64,000 nt of DNA. It comes from an uncultured Rhizobacter sp. Its GTDB lineage: Bacteria; Pseudomonadota; Gammaproteobacteria; Burkholderiales; Burkholderiaceae_C. The translations under genes and the position numbers were made by a program. The stretch spans positions 24,534 through 88,533 of the forward strand of contig CBIHOH010000006.1 in NCBI GenBank assembly GCA_966211755.1. The letters run 5' to 3'. Below the pieces are notes generated by a model. The model saw nothing but the letters and a program-made list of their open reading frames with translations, had not been told where the DNA came from and searched no databases. Positions 28,345 through 38,659 of this stretch are shown here, one piece after another (position 1 is the stretch's first letter; the number at the start of each line of letters is the position of its first letter).

Positions 28345-28938
28345 TCAGGGCAGAATCACCTCGATCTCGACCAGGCCGGTGTCGACCTGCACCGGCTCCT
28401 CGACGCTGGGCACCGGGCTTTCGGGCCCGTTTCCGCTCGCGCTCCCGGCCGCGGCCACCGGCGTGTCCTCGAGGTCGAACGGCGGGTCGGCGAGAACCGG
28501 GATCGGCCGCTCGGCGACGGCCGGGCGGCGCGCCCGCGCGGCCTTGCGCACCGGAGGGCGGGGCGGCAGCGGCATGTCCTGCCAGTCGCCGCCCCAGAGG
28601 GGCTGGCGCTGATCGGGCGAGAGGATGGGCAGTTCCTCGATCACGTCGCCCCGGACGTCGGCGATCCACACCTTGTGCGAGGCGGCGTTGGAGGCCACGG
28701 CGCGGCCGAACCGCCGCAGGTGGTCCAGGTCGGAGTGCCAGATCCGGCCCTCCTTGCGCAAGCGGCCCTCGCCGTCGCGCACGACCTCGACCACCCGGTA
28801 CAGCGGCCTGCGCTCCCAGCGGATGGCAGGATCGTCCTCGCCAAAACCCTCCAGGGCCACACGGGCGACGATGGGCCGGTTCGGCATCCTGGCCGCGGCG
28901 GACGGCGCCGCCTCTGTGTCATCGGTGTCGGAAGGCAT
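28345..28938 (-). CDS. hypothetical protein
   Basis: Open frame with plausible composition; start uncertain. Confidence 0.6.
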   Translation of the reverse strand: MPSDTDDTEAAPSAAARMPNRPIVARVALEGFGEDDPAIRWERRPLYRVVEVVRDGEGRLRKEGRIWHSDLDHLRRFGRAVASNAASHKVWIADVRGDVIEELPILSPDQRQPLWGGDWQDMPLPPRPPVRKAARARRPAVAERPIPVLADPPFDLEDTPVAAAGSASGNGPESPVPSVEEPVQVDTGLVEIEVILP

Positions 28939-29133
28939 GGCATGCCAGCGGGTCAGGCTGGTCGGGAAACGCACTCACGGAGGTATCGACGGCCGGCCCG
29001 GGAACTTGAGGTCGGTCTTGCAACCAATGGTTTCTCCAGGCGACCGAGCCTGCAATGCCCGCTCGTCCCGCGGCACACGGGCGGGGCGATAGACTCGATC
29101 ACCCCCCCTCCTCACTTGGTAGACCCACCGCGC

Positions 29134-30840
29134 ATGCCCCACGACGTCAGCCTGATCTCCACCATCGCCGTCGGCTTCGGCCTGGCCCTGGCCTTCGGGC
29201 TGCTCGCCGCCCGGATGAAAATGCCGCCGCTGGTCGGCTACCTGCTGGCCGGCATCGTGGTCGGCCCGGCCACGCCGGGTTTCGTCGCCGACGTCGGGCT
29301 GGCGGGCCAATTGGCGGAAATCGGCGTCATGCTGCTGATGCTCGGCGTGGGCCTGCACTTTTCGCTGGACGATCTGCTCCAGGTGCGCCGCATCGCCATC
29401 CCGGGCGCGCTGTTGCAGATCGCCGCGGCCACCGCGATGGGCATGGGGATAGCCTGGGGCTGGGGGTGGCCGCTCGGCCAGGGCCTGGTCTTCGGCCTGG
29501 CGCTGTCGGTGGCGAGCACGGTGGTGCTGCTGCGCGCCCTGGAAGCGCGCGGGGTGCTGGAATCGGTCAACGGCCGCATCGCCGTCGGCTGGCTGGTGGT
29601 CGAGGACCTGGTGATGGTGCTGGTCCTGGTGCTGCTGCCGCCGATGGCCACCTTGCTGGGAGGCCATCCCGCGGCATCGCATGCCGTGGACGGCGGCTAC
29701 GGCCTGTGGGCGACGCTGGGCATCACCCTGGCCAAGGTGAGCGCCTTCATCGCCCTGATGCTGCTGGTCGGGCGCTGGGCCTTCCCCAAGCTGCTGTGGC
29801 TGGTGGCGCGCACCGGCTCGCGCGAGCTGTTCACCTTGTGCGTGGTCGCGGCGGCCGTGGGCGTGGCCTACGGCTCGGCCAAGCTGTTCGACGTCTCTTT
29901 CGCGCTGGGCGCGTTCTTCGCCGGCATGATGATGCGCGAGTCGGAATTCAGCCACCGCGCGGCCGAAGAGTCGCTGCCGCTGCGCGACGCCTTCTCGGTG
30001 CTCTTTTTCGTCTCGGTCGGCATGCTGCTCGACCCGATGGTGCTGCTGGACGAGCCGCTCAAGGTGCTGGCGGTGGTGGCCGTCATCATGATCGGCAAGA
30101 CCCTGGCGGCGGTGGCCCTGGTGCTGGCCTTCCGCTATCCGCTCAACAGCGCCCTCATCGTCGGCGCCAGCCTGGCGCAGATCGGCGAGTTCTCGTTCAT
30201 CCTGGCCGGGCTGGGATTGTCGCTGGGCCTGATGACCCCCTTGGGCCAGAGCCTGATCCTCGCCGGCGCGCTGATCTCCATCGCCCTGAACTCCCTGCTG
30301 TTCTCCGCCCTCGAGCCGCTCACGGCCTGGGTGCGCGCGCGCTCGGCGCTGGCCCGCCGCCTGGAATCTCGCGACGACCCGCTGGCCGAGCTGCCGACCA
30401 GCACCGACGTGTCGCTGCTGAAGGGCCAGGTGGTGCTGGTGGGCCACGGCCGCGTCGGCAGTCGCATCGCCCGGCTGCTGGCCGAGCGCGGCATTCCCTT
30501 TGTCGTGGCGGACCAGAACCGGGAGGTGGTCGAAGGCCTGCGGGCCCGGGACATTCCCGCGGTCTCGGGCGATGCGACCGACCCCGGCGTGCTGATCCAG
30601 GCCCACATCGCCCAGGCCGGCATGCTGGTGATCGCCACCCCGGACACCTTCAATGCCCGCAGGATGGTCGACACCGCCCGCCAGCTGAACCCGGCCATCG
30701 AGGTGGTGCTGCACACCCACAGCGAGGACGACGCGGCCCTGCTGTCGCAGGAGCGCATCGGCGAGGTGTTCCTCGACGAGGAGCAGCTGGCGAGGGCCAT
30801 GGCGGGCCATGTGTCGAGCCGGATGAAAGCCGGGCACTGA
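29134..30840 (+). CDS. ybaL: CPA2 cation:proton antiporter, YbaL/RosB-like, with TrkA-N domain
   Basis: PPLVGYLLAG, GVGLHFS, ASTVVLLRAL, VEDL, LAQIGEFSF, GHGRVG. Confidence 0.9.
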   Translation: MPHDVSLISTIAVGFGLALAFGLLAARMKMPPLVGYLLAGIVVGPATPGFVADVGLAGQLAEIGVMLLMLGVGLHFSLDDLLQVRRIAIPGALLQIAAATAMGMGIAWGWGWPLGQGLVFGLALSVASTVVLLRALEARGVLESVNGRIAVGWLVVEDLVMVLVLVLLPPMATLLGGHPAASHAVDGGYGLWATLGITLAKVSAFIALMLLVGRWAFPKLLWLVARTGSRELFTLCVVAAAVGVAYGSAKLFDVSFALGAFFAGMMMRESEFSHRAAEESLPLRDAFSVLFFVSVGMLLDPMVLLDEPLKVLAVVAVIMIGKTLAAVALVLAFRYPLNSALIVGASLAQIGEFSFILAGLGLSLGLMTPLGQSLILAGALISIALNSLLFSALEPLTAWVRARSALARRLESRDDPLAELPTSTDVSLLKGQVVLVGHGRVGSRIARLLAERGIPFVVADQNREVVEGLRARDIPAVSGDATDPGVLIQAHIAQAGMLVIATPDTFNARRMVDTARQLNPAIEVVLHTHSEDDAALLSQERIGEVFLDEEQLARAMAGHVSSRMKAGH

Positions 30841-30849
30841 GCCGGCGCT

Positions 30850-32235
30850 TCAGCGCGCCGGCTCCTCTTCGGCCGCAGGAAACTCGCAACCGGTGAGCTG
30901 CTTGAAGACGGCCGCGTCGCGGGCGGCGTTGGGGGCCCACACCATGCCGCCGATCACCTCGCACGACAGGCCGGCCTGTTTCAGGCGGACCAGCAGGCGC
31001 TGCGACAGCGGCTCCTCTACCGGCTGACCATGCAGCTGGCCGGCCAGCATGCGCACTTCGGTGGCGCCGAGCCGCGTTCCCACGAGATCCAGCAACGGCC
31101 ACAGCGCCGGCCGATCGCCAGCCTCGGGCTGGCGCAGAAAGGGCGCCTCGATCAGGTGGAACCCGGCCTCCCTGTCCCGGTGCACGGACAGCTGCGCGGC
31201 CTCCAGCACGGTCTTTCCATCGAGCGGCACGGCGCGCGACAGACCGGCCAGGGCTTCGGGCTTCGCAGTGGCGAACAGGGCCGGCAGCAGCTGCAGCAGC
31301 TCTTGCGGCCGCCGGCGGGCCAGTTGCGCCGCGCTCTCGACCCGGCCGTTCAGCAGGTGCAGCGCGATCCCGGGCAGGTGCCGGTCGGCCTGGCGGTCGC
31401 GCGGCAGCAGGGCCAGGGCGAGCGAGCGATGCCCTTCCAGGAAGGCGATGCTGAGTGCATTGCAGCGCCAACCCTGCTGCGGGATGGAGGGGCATTCGCC
31501 TTCGGGCCGTTCGACATCGAGCAGGCGCGGATAGCGGTCCAGCAGCACCAACAGGGCGTCCACCCGCAACTGATGGCTCGTGTCGTGAGGCGGCCGATAG
31601 GCATGCAAGGTGTCGCGGCCGTACATCTCGGCGGCCTCCTGCACCATGGCCAGGAACCGCCCGGCCACCTCACGCTCCCGGTCGGGGTGGCGGGCCCCGG
31701 GGCAGGGCGGCTCGGCCAGCGCCTGGCGCAGCAAGGTCGACTGGCCGTTGAATACCGCCCTCACCAGCAGCGAATCGCCCGCCGTCCCCCCTCCCGAAGC
31801 CAGCATCAGATCGGCGCAGTGGCGGAACAAATGCGCCGACACGGCCGCATCGACCGTAGACATCGGCCACTCCACCAGCCGCTCCAGGTAGTCCTGGTAT
31901 CCCTGAGGACCACGCTCGGCCAGCACCCGGTCCAGCTCGGCCAGCCGCATCGGCTTGGCGGCCTCGTCCACCCGCCTCCAGTACCGGGACTCGGTCTCGG
32001 ATTGGACCTGATGGACCAGGGCCGGCACCCCGAAGAACAGCCATGGCACGCTGCCCAGCAGGCCCAGGACCAGCAGGCTGCGCACCCACCGGCGTCTGCC
32101 GCCAGGCCGGCGCCTCAGGTGCCACGTCACGCCCAGCCCCGCCAGCAGGAGCAGCGGCCAGAACAGCGGAAAGTCGTGCATGACCCACAAGGCCATGAAG
32201 ATGGCCGACTCCCAAACCGACATCTGATCGGTCAT
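30850..32235 (-). CDS. hypothetical membrane-anchored protein (tandem paralog B)
   Basis: N-terminal hydrophobic helices; co-linear similarity to 32232-33677. Confidence 0.75.
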   Translation of the reverse strand: MTDQMSVWESAIFMALWVMHDFPLFWPLLLLAGLGVTWHLRRRPGGRRRWVRSLLVLGLLGSVPWLFFGVPALVHQVQSETESRYWRRVDEAAKPMRLAELDRVLAERGPQGYQDYLERLVEWPMSTVDAAVSAHLFRHCADLMLASGGGTAGDSLLVRAVFNGQSTLLRQALAEPPCPGARHPDREREVAGRFLAMVQEAAEMYGRDTLHAYRPPHDTSHQLRVDALLVLLDRYPRLLDVERPEGECPSIPQQGWRCNALSIAFLEGHRSLALALLPRDRQADRHLPGIALHLLNGRVESAAQLARRRPQELLQLLPALFATAKPEALAGLSRAVPLDGKTVLEAAQLSVHRDREAGFHLIEAPFLRQPEAGDRPALWPLLDLVGTRLGATEVRMLAGQLHGQPVEEPLSQRLLVRLKQAGLSCEVIGGMVWAPNAARDAAVFKQLTGCEFPAAEEEPAR

Positions 32236-33677
32236 GGCCGGCTCCCGGTTGCCTCAGGCGCATGGTCTTCGTGGACTGGCTTGAACTCGCAGCCGGTGAG
32301 CCGCTCGAAATCCGCACCTGTGCGCACCGGGTCGTGATACCGGACCACGGTGCGCAGCACGCGGCACGGCTGGCCGGCCTGTTTCAGCCGCGCCAGCAGC
32401 TTCTGGCGCGGCGGGTCTTCGAGCGCCTCGCCGTCGACGTAAGGCTGCAGCTGCTCCGCCTCGCCGACCCGCAGCTGCGGCCCGACGCGGTCGAGCAGCA
32501 GCCACAGCAGCGGCCAGTCCTTCGCCTCCCGCTCGCGGAAGGCGGTCACATGGAACAGCTTGAGCCTGTCGTAGTCCGAACCGCCGAGGGGATCGGCCGT
32601 CAGCATCGCCTGCGCGTCGAGCGGCACCGCGTGCAACAAGCCGCCCAAGGCCTCGGCAGACGCACTGGCGAACAGCGCGGGCAGAAGACGTGCGAGCAAG
32701 GCCGGATCCTGGCGGGCTGCCCGCGCGGCGCTGTCGACGCGCCCGCTCAACAAATGCACGGCCATGGCGGGCAGGTGCTCCGCGGCCCGACGGTCGCGCG
32801 GCAGCAAAGCCTGCGTGAGCAGGCGATGCCCACCCAGGAACGCTTCGCTAAGGGCATTGCAGCGCAAGCCGGACGATGGAGCGAAACGGCACTCGTCCTC
32901 GGGCAACTCCACGTCGATCAGCTTCGGATAACGGTCCAGCAACACGAGCAGGGCCTGCGTGCGCGGCTGTTGGACCTCCATCGTCTCCGACTCCCTGAGG
33001 TAGGCCATTTCCCCGCGGAAATCGCCGACCCAACGCGACACCATGTGCAGCAGATGTTCGGCCAGATAGGCTTCGCGGTCGGGACGCATCGCGCCCGCGC
33101 AAGGAGGCACGGCCAGCGCCTGCCGGACCAGCGTCGCACGGCCATTCAACAAGGCCTCCATCAGCAGTGGATCGGCACTGCCGGATCCGGGGACCATCAA
33201 ATCGGCACAACGCTGGAACAGATGCGTCAGCACAGCCTCTTGCGGAAGCTCGTCCAAGCCATGTGCCAGGCGCGTCATGTAGTCCTGCGCGGCCTGCGGC
33301 CCGCGCTCGTCGAGCCGCCGGTCCAGTTCGGCCAGCCGTGCCGGCGTGGCCGATTCATTCACCCGCTCCCAGTACCGGCGCTCGAGCCTGGACTCGATCG
33401 AGCTGACGATCTCAGGCCCGATGAGGGCCAGGCAGAGGGCGCTGCCGAGCAGGCTGACGGCCAGAAGGCCCCGGAACAGCCCGAGCCGGGCCGGGCGTCG
33501 CCGCCTCAGCCAGACCAGCACGCCGACCAGGACCAGCAACACCACCGGCCAGGCCAGCACGAACAGCACCCCGACGACCGCCCACGGGGAGATGGTGATG
33601 AAGGCATGCGCCGGTCCGCTGGCCAGCAGCAGCGGGCCGGCCACCGCGAGCCAGGCCACAGGCAAGCGGCGAGACAT
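32232..33677 (-). CDS. hypothetical membrane-anchored protein (tandem paralog A)
   Basis: Signal-like AHA site plus TM helices; ATGA overlap with paralog B; start uncertain. Confidence 0.75.
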   Translation of the reverse strand: MSRRLPVAWLAVAGPLLLASGPAHAFITISPWAVVGVLFVLAWPVVLLVLVGVLVWLRRRRPARLGLFRGLLAVSLLGSALCLALIGPEIVSSIESRLERRYWERVNESATPARLAELDRRLDERGPQAAQDYMTRLAHGLDELPQEAVLTHLFQRCADLMVPGSGSADPLLMEALLNGRATLVRQALAVPPCAGAMRPDREAYLAEHLLHMVSRWVGDFRGEMAYLRESETMEVQQPRTQALLVLLDRYPKLIDVELPEDECRFAPSSGLRCNALSEAFLGGHRLLTQALLPRDRRAAEHLPAMAVHLLSGRVDSAARAARQDPALLARLLPALFASASAEALGGLLHAVPLDAQAMLTADPLGGSDYDRLKLFHVTAFREREAKDWPLLWLLLDRVGPQLRVGEAEQLQPYVDGEALEDPPRQKLLARLKQAGQPCRVLRTVVRYHDPVRTGADFERLTGCEFKPVHEDHAPEATGSRP

Positions 33678-34010
33678 GAACGAGGAAAGGCCGCCGACGC
33701 CGCCCCGACTTGAAAGGAGATGAAAAACCATGTGGAAACCCGAAGACCTCAGCCGGACCTGCGCTGCGCAGCCGGACCAGCAGTACACCATGGGGGGATG
33801 CCGGTTCATGCGGATGGCGCCGCGATGCTGACATTCCGTAACAAGCCTGCACACCGTTCCTGCTGCAATACCGCTGCGCCGAGCCCCCGGGGGGCCACGG
33901 TGCCAGGGGCGGCGACACCGCGGGTGAGGTGCCGGCACGACCTGTCTTGTTCTTGTGCCGGAGCCGGCACGAACGCCACTTTTGTTGCACGCAGACCAGG
34001 TCCTTCACCC

Positions 34011-35801
34011 ATGCAGCTCGTCCGCACCACCCGATCCCATGCCGCCTTGCGTCGCGCCCTGAACCTGCGCTGGCACTCCGTCGCCGGCCTGGCCTTGATC
34101 ACCGCCCTGGCCGGCTGCGGCGGGGGTTCGGCGGAAACCGCCGCGCCGCCCCCGGGCGCCGCCGCACCGCCACCGAACGTCTCGGCTCCGCCGCCGCCGC
34201 CCACGCCGCCGGCGCCCGCGCCCACCAGCTCGCGCGACGCCGTGCGCCTAGCCGACCAGGCCAGCTTCGGCGCGACCGAGGCGCTGGTGGTCGCGATCAA
34301 GTCCAAGGGCCCGAAGGCCTGGGTGGCCGAGCAGCTCGCCCTGCCGGTGAGCGCGCGCTACAGCAGCGGCAACGGCGGCGAGATCCACCAGTACACCGGG
34401 GCCGGCGAGTTCTGCGACGGCAAGGGCCCGACCTGCTGGCGCGACAACTACTCGACCGAGCCCCTGCTCTGGGACTTCTACAGGAATGCCGTCAACCAGC
34501 CCGACCAGCTGCGCCAGCGCGTCGCCTTCGCCCTGCAGCAGATCCTGGTCGTCAACAACCTGGACGTCAGCGGCACCTACGGGTTCCGCAACTACTACAA
34601 CAACCTGATGGGCCTGGCCTTCGGCAACTACCGGGACGTGCTCAGGAAGGTGACGCTGTCGCCGGTGATGGGCGACTTCCTGAACAACGCCAACAACGAC
34701 AAGGACGCGCCGAACGAGAACTATGCGCGCGAGCTGCTGCAGCTGTTCTCGATCGGCACCTGCGAGCTCAACCTCGACGGCACGCTCAAGGGCGGCAAGT
34801 GCACGCCCACCTACGACAACGACATGGTGCGCAGCTACGCCTTTGCGCTGACGGGCTGGACGTATCCGGCCGGCGGCGCCACCTCCTACGGCTGCTACCC
34901 GACGGGCGCCAACTGCCGTTACTACGGCGGCGACATGGTGCCGGTCGCGCGCTACCACAACGACACGGCGCGCCAGTTGCTCGGCGGCTCGGCGCTGGCC
35001 GCCGGCCACACGGCGCCCGCCGCGCTCGACGCGGTGCTCGACAGCCTGATGGCGCATCCCAACACCGCGCCCTTCATCGGCAAGCAGCTGATCCAGCACC
35101 TGGTGACCAGCAACCCCTCGCCGGCGTATGTGGCGCGGGTGGCCGGCGCCTTCAACGCCGGCAAGTACGAGGGCCACGGCACCGGCCGGCGCGGCGACCT
35201 GGCGGCCACCGTGGCGGCCGTGCTGCTCGATGCCGAGGCCCGCGCCGAGACCCCGGGCGCCAGCAGCGGCCGACTGCGCGAGCCCGTGCAGTTGTTCACC
35301 GGTCTTCTGCGCGCGCTCAACGGCAAGACCGACGGCGACGCGCTCGGCTGGTGGTGGGGCGGCACGATGCGCCAGCATGTGTTCCGCCCGCCCTCGGTCT
35401 TCAACTTCTATCCGCCCGACTATCCGGTCGCCGGCACCCGCCTGGTCGGCCCCAGCTTCGGCATCCACAACGCCAGCACCGCGCTGGGCCGGCTCAACTT
35501 CCTCATGTACCTGATCGCATGGGACGGCACCAAGGCGGTCGACTCCGACGTGCCCAACCCGGTCGGCACCCAGGTCGACCTGAGCGCCTTCCTGGGCAGC
35601 GCCGACAATGCCGCCGTGCTGGTCGACCGCCTGTCGATGCTCGCGCTGGGCCAGCCGCTGCCCGCCACGCCGCGGGCGGAGGTGATCAAGGCGGTCGGCT
35701 GGTGGACCGCCTCCACCGATGCCGCCAACTGGCGCAGCAACCGTGTCAAGACCGCCGCCTACCTGGTGTTCGGTTCGCCCAACTACCAAGTGATGCGCTG
35801 A
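34011..35801 (+). CDS. DUF1800 family protein (copy 2), probable lipoprotein
   Basis: LAGCGGG lipobox, Pro-rich linker, same motifs as copy 1. Confidence 0.88.
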   Translation: MQLVRTTRSHAALRRALNLRWHSVAGLALITALAGCGGGSAETAAPPPGAAAPPPNVSAPPPPPTPPAPAPTSSRDAVRLADQASFGATEALVVAIKSKGPKAWVAEQLALPVSARYSSGNGGEIHQYTGAGEFCDGKGPTCWRDNYSTEPLLWDFYRNAVNQPDQLRQRVAFALQQILVVNNLDVSGTYGFRNYYNNLMGLAFGNYRDVLRKVTLSPVMGDFLNNANNDKDAPNENYARELLQLFSIGTCELNLDGTLKGGKCTPTYDNDMVRSYAFALTGWTYPAGGATSYGCYPTGANCRYYGGDMVPVARYHNDTARQLLGGSALAAGHTAPAALDAVLDSLMAHPNTAPFIGKQLIQHLVTSNPSPAYVARVAGAFNAGKYEGHGTGRRGDLAATVAAVLLDAEARAETPGASSGRLREPVQLFTGLLRALNGKTDGDALGWWWGGTMRQHVFRPPSVFNFYPPDYPVAGTRLVGPSFGIHNASTALGRLNFLMYLIAWDGTKAVDSDVPNPVGTQVDLSAFLGSADNAAVLVDRLSMLALGQPLPATPRAEVIKAVGWWTASTDAANWRSNRVKTAAYLVFGSPNYQVMR

Positions 35802-35812
35802 GGACCCCCGTC

Positions 35813-37261
35813 ATGACCCACCCCGCCACCCTGCCGCTCAGCCGCCGCGCCTGGCTCGCCCGCTCCGGCCTCGGCCTCGCCGGCGCCCTCGGCGCCGGCA
35901 GCCTGGGCAACCTCATGCTCGGCACTTCCCCGGCCCATGCGGCCGACTACAAGGCCCTGGTCTGCGTGTTCCTGTACGGCGGCAACGACGGCCTGAACAC
36001 CATCGTGCCGACCGACGGCGCCCGCCACGAGCTGTACAAGAGCGTGCGCGGCGGCATGGCCATCCCCGCCGCCAGCCTCACGCCGCTGTCCGGCATCCCC
36101 TTCGGCCTGCACCCGGCCATGGCCGCCCTCGCACCGGCCTGGAACGAAGGCCGGCTGGCGCCGGTCTTCAACGTGGGCCCGCTGTACAAGCCGATGAGCA
36201 AGGCCCAGTTCCGGGCCGAGCCCGGCAGCTCCGACCTGCTGCCCGACAACCTGTTCTCGCATTCCGACCAGCAGACGCTGTGGGAAACCGGCAGTGCCAG
36301 CGCGCTCACGCGCAGCGGCTGGGGCGGCCGGGCCTCGGCCGAACTGGCCACCGCCAACCCCGTCATCTCGGTCAACGGCAGCGCGCGCTTCGGTATCTCC
36401 GAGACGCAATCGCCCCTGGTGCTGCCCGACACCCCAGGCGCCACCTTCGGCGCCTACGGGCTGCAGGCCGACGACCTGCAATGGGCGCCCAACGTCGCCC
36501 GCAAGGCCGCGCTCACCGCGCTGTACGCCCAGGAGCAGGGGGTCGAACTCGCCGACGCCTTCAGCGCCGCGCAGCGCAACGCCTTCCTGGTGTCCGAGCG
36601 GCTGGGCGGGCTGGTCAAGGTCACCCCCGGCAGCAGCGGCGCCATCGCCGCCATCGACACCGCCTTCGCCCCGTTGATCGCCGCCGACAAGACCCTCACC
36701 AGCGCCCTCGGACGCCAGCTCTACCAGATCGCCAAGCTGGTCGCCGGCAACGCGACCGTGCAAGGCAACCGCCAGATCTTCTTTGCCGGGATGGGCGGCT
36801 TCGACACCCACGCCAACCAGTCGATCACCGGCAGCCCGACCGAAGGCGCCCACGCCCGGCTGCTGAAGGAACTGGCCGATGCCCTGGCCTGCTTCCACGC
36901 CGCGATGAAGGCCCTGGGCCTGGGCGAGGCCGTCACCGCCTTCACGCAGAGCGATTTCGGCCGCACCTTCCGCCCCAACAACAGCACCGGCACCGACCAT
37001 GCCTGGGGCAACCAGCACTTCGTGCTCGGCGGGGCGGTGAAGGGCGGCACCAGCTACGGCAGCTACCCCGACCTCACCCTGGGCGGGCCGGACGACGTCG
37101 GTGTGGACAGCTGGGAGCTGCAGGGCCGCTACATCCCCACCACCTCGGTCGACCAGTACGCGGCCACCTTGCTCGGCTGGTTCGGCGCGAGCGACACGCA
37201 GCTCGGCAGGGTGCTGCCCAACCTGCAGAACTACACGACCCGCCGGCTCGGGTTCCTCTGA
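35813..37261 (+). CDS. DUF1501 family protein (copy 2), Tat-exported
   Basis: SRRAWL Tat motif; DYKALVCVFLYGGNDG, GGFDTH, GTDHAWG; GAGGA RBS. Confidence 0.9.
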   Translation: MTHPATLPLSRRAWLARSGLGLAGALGAGSLGNLMLGTSPAHAADYKALVCVFLYGGNDGLNTIVPTDGARHELYKSVRGGMAIPAASLTPLSGIPFGLHPAMAALAPAWNEGRLAPVFNVGPLYKPMSKAQFRAEPGSSDLLPDNLFSHSDQQTLWETGSASALTRSGWGGRASAELATANPVISVNGSARFGISETQSPLVLPDTPGATFGAYGLQADDLQWAPNVARKAALTALYAQEQGVELADAFSAAQRNAFLVSERLGGLVKVTPGSSGAIAAIDTAFAPLIAADKTLTSALGRQLYQIAKLVAGNATVQGNRQIFFAGMGGFDTHANQSITGSPTEGAHARLLKELADALACFHAAMKALGLGEAVTAFTQSDFGRTFRPNNSTGTDHAWGNQHFVLGGAVKGGTSYGSYPDLTLGGPDDVGVDSWELQGRYIPTTSVDQYAATLLGWFGASDTQLGRVLPNLQNYTTRRLGFL

Positions 37262-37393
37262 AACGCAGGAGGTGGACCTCGGCCCGGCAGGGCGGCCCGC
37301 ACCCGGTCGCCGCCGGCTGCAGCCTGTCCACCGCAGCGCCCGTTCCGTCGCCTGCCGCTGGAGGCGCACGGAGGCAGCACGTAGAGTGGGCGC

Positions 37394-38629
37394 ATGACTT
37401 CCTCAAGCCTACCTCTCCCGCCTCGCCGCCAGCGCCTGTCGAACTCGTTGGGCCGCGGTTTCAGCCGCTATTCGCGCTGGCTCGACAGCATCAGCTGGAA
37501 GCGGTTCTTCCTGGTATCGCTGCTGGCCCTGATCGCCGCCGGCATCCTCTCCGAACTGCCGCCGTTCAACATGCCCTGGGGCCAGGACGGCCCGGCGCAG
37601 CGCCTGCCGCGCCGACAAGAGCCGGCGGCGCAGCCCAACGGCGTGCCGGCAGGTGACCCACGGCCCCTGGAGGTGCGCGTCGACGAGCAGGGCGTGCGCA
37701 TCGGCCCGGCAGGCAGTGCCGGCACGCCGCCCGCCGCCCCGGCCTCCCAGGCCGACAGCCCGGGCGTGCGCATCACGCTGCCGGAGCACATCGATGCCGA
37801 CAGGATCCACCGGGTGGCCGACCAGATCGAGAACGCGCTGGCGGACAAGCAGCGGACCCGGGCCTTCCGCCCCGGCGACCATCTGCCGGACTTCATGGTG
37901 CTGCTGATCGTCGTGTCGATGATCATCAAGCTCATGGCAGCGGGCCGGCTGCGCGCCGAGGCGCAGGCGGCCACGGCCCTCGAACAGGCCGGCTCGGAGA
38001 GCCTCAAGCGCCAGGTGGTGGAAGCGCGCATGGCGGCCATGCAGGCCCAGGTGGAGCCGCATTTCCTGTTCAACACCCTGGCCAGCATCGACCACCTGAT
38101 CGAAACCGATCCGCCGCGGGCCTCGAAGATGCAGAAGAACCTGATCGCCCTGCTGCGCGCCAGCATGCCCACGCTGCGCGAGGCGAACGCCCAGGGCGAC
38201 CGCGACCTGGGCGACGAGCTGGCGGTCATCCGCCCGTACCTCGAGATCCTCAAGGTACGCATGGAGGACCGCCTGAGCACCGACATCCGGGTCGACGAGG
38301 GCCTGCTGTCGGCGGAGTTCCCGCCCATGATGCTGCAAAGCCTGGTCGAGAATGCCATCCGGCACGGCCTGGAGCCCTTGCCCGAAGGCGGTTGCCTGCG
38401 CATCGGCGCCGCGGTCGAGCACGGCCGGCTGGTCGTCAGCGTGGCCGACAACGGCTGCGGCCTGGGCGGGAGCGCGACGGCGGGCAGCGGCATCGGCCTG
38501 AGCAACATCCGCGAGCGCCTGCAGCTGCTGTACGGCCCGCAGGCCAGCCTCACGGTGGCCGGGCAGGCGGAGGGGGGCACGCTCGCCACCATCGCCGTGC
38601 CCTACCGCCTGCGCGAGAAAACGGCCTGA
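37394..38629 (+). CDS. LytS/YehU-type sensor histidine kinase
   Basis: Two TM segments, QAQVEPHFLFNTL, LVENAIRHG, DNG.G, GIGLSN. Confidence 0.92.
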   Translation: MTSSSLPLPPRRQRLSNSLGRGFSRYSRWLDSISWKRFFLVSLLALIAAGILSELPPFNMPWGQDGPAQRLPRRQEPAAQPNGVPAGDPRPLEVRVDEQGVRIGPAGSAGTPPAAPASQADSPGVRITLPEHIDADRIHRVADQIENALADKQRTRAFRPGDHLPDFMVLLIVVSMIIKLMAAGRLRAEAQAATALEQAGSESLKRQVVEARMAAMQAQVEPHFLFNTLASIDHLIETDPPRASKMQKNLIALLRASMPTLREANAQGDRDLGDELAVIRPYLEILKVRMEDRLSTDIRVDEGLLSAEFPPMMLQSLVENAIRHGLEPLPEGGCLRIGAAVEHGRLVVSVADNGCGLGGSATAGSGIGLSNIRERLQLLYGPQASLTVAGQAEGGTLATIAVPYRLREKTA

Positions 38630-38659
38630 GCGGTGCGGCGTCCCACTACCATGCGACCC

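Noticed and set aside
33929..35812. Apparent 1110-aa DUF1501 fusion
   Set aside because: The extension is an alternative frame over DUF1800; the real start at 35813 has an RBS and Tat motif.
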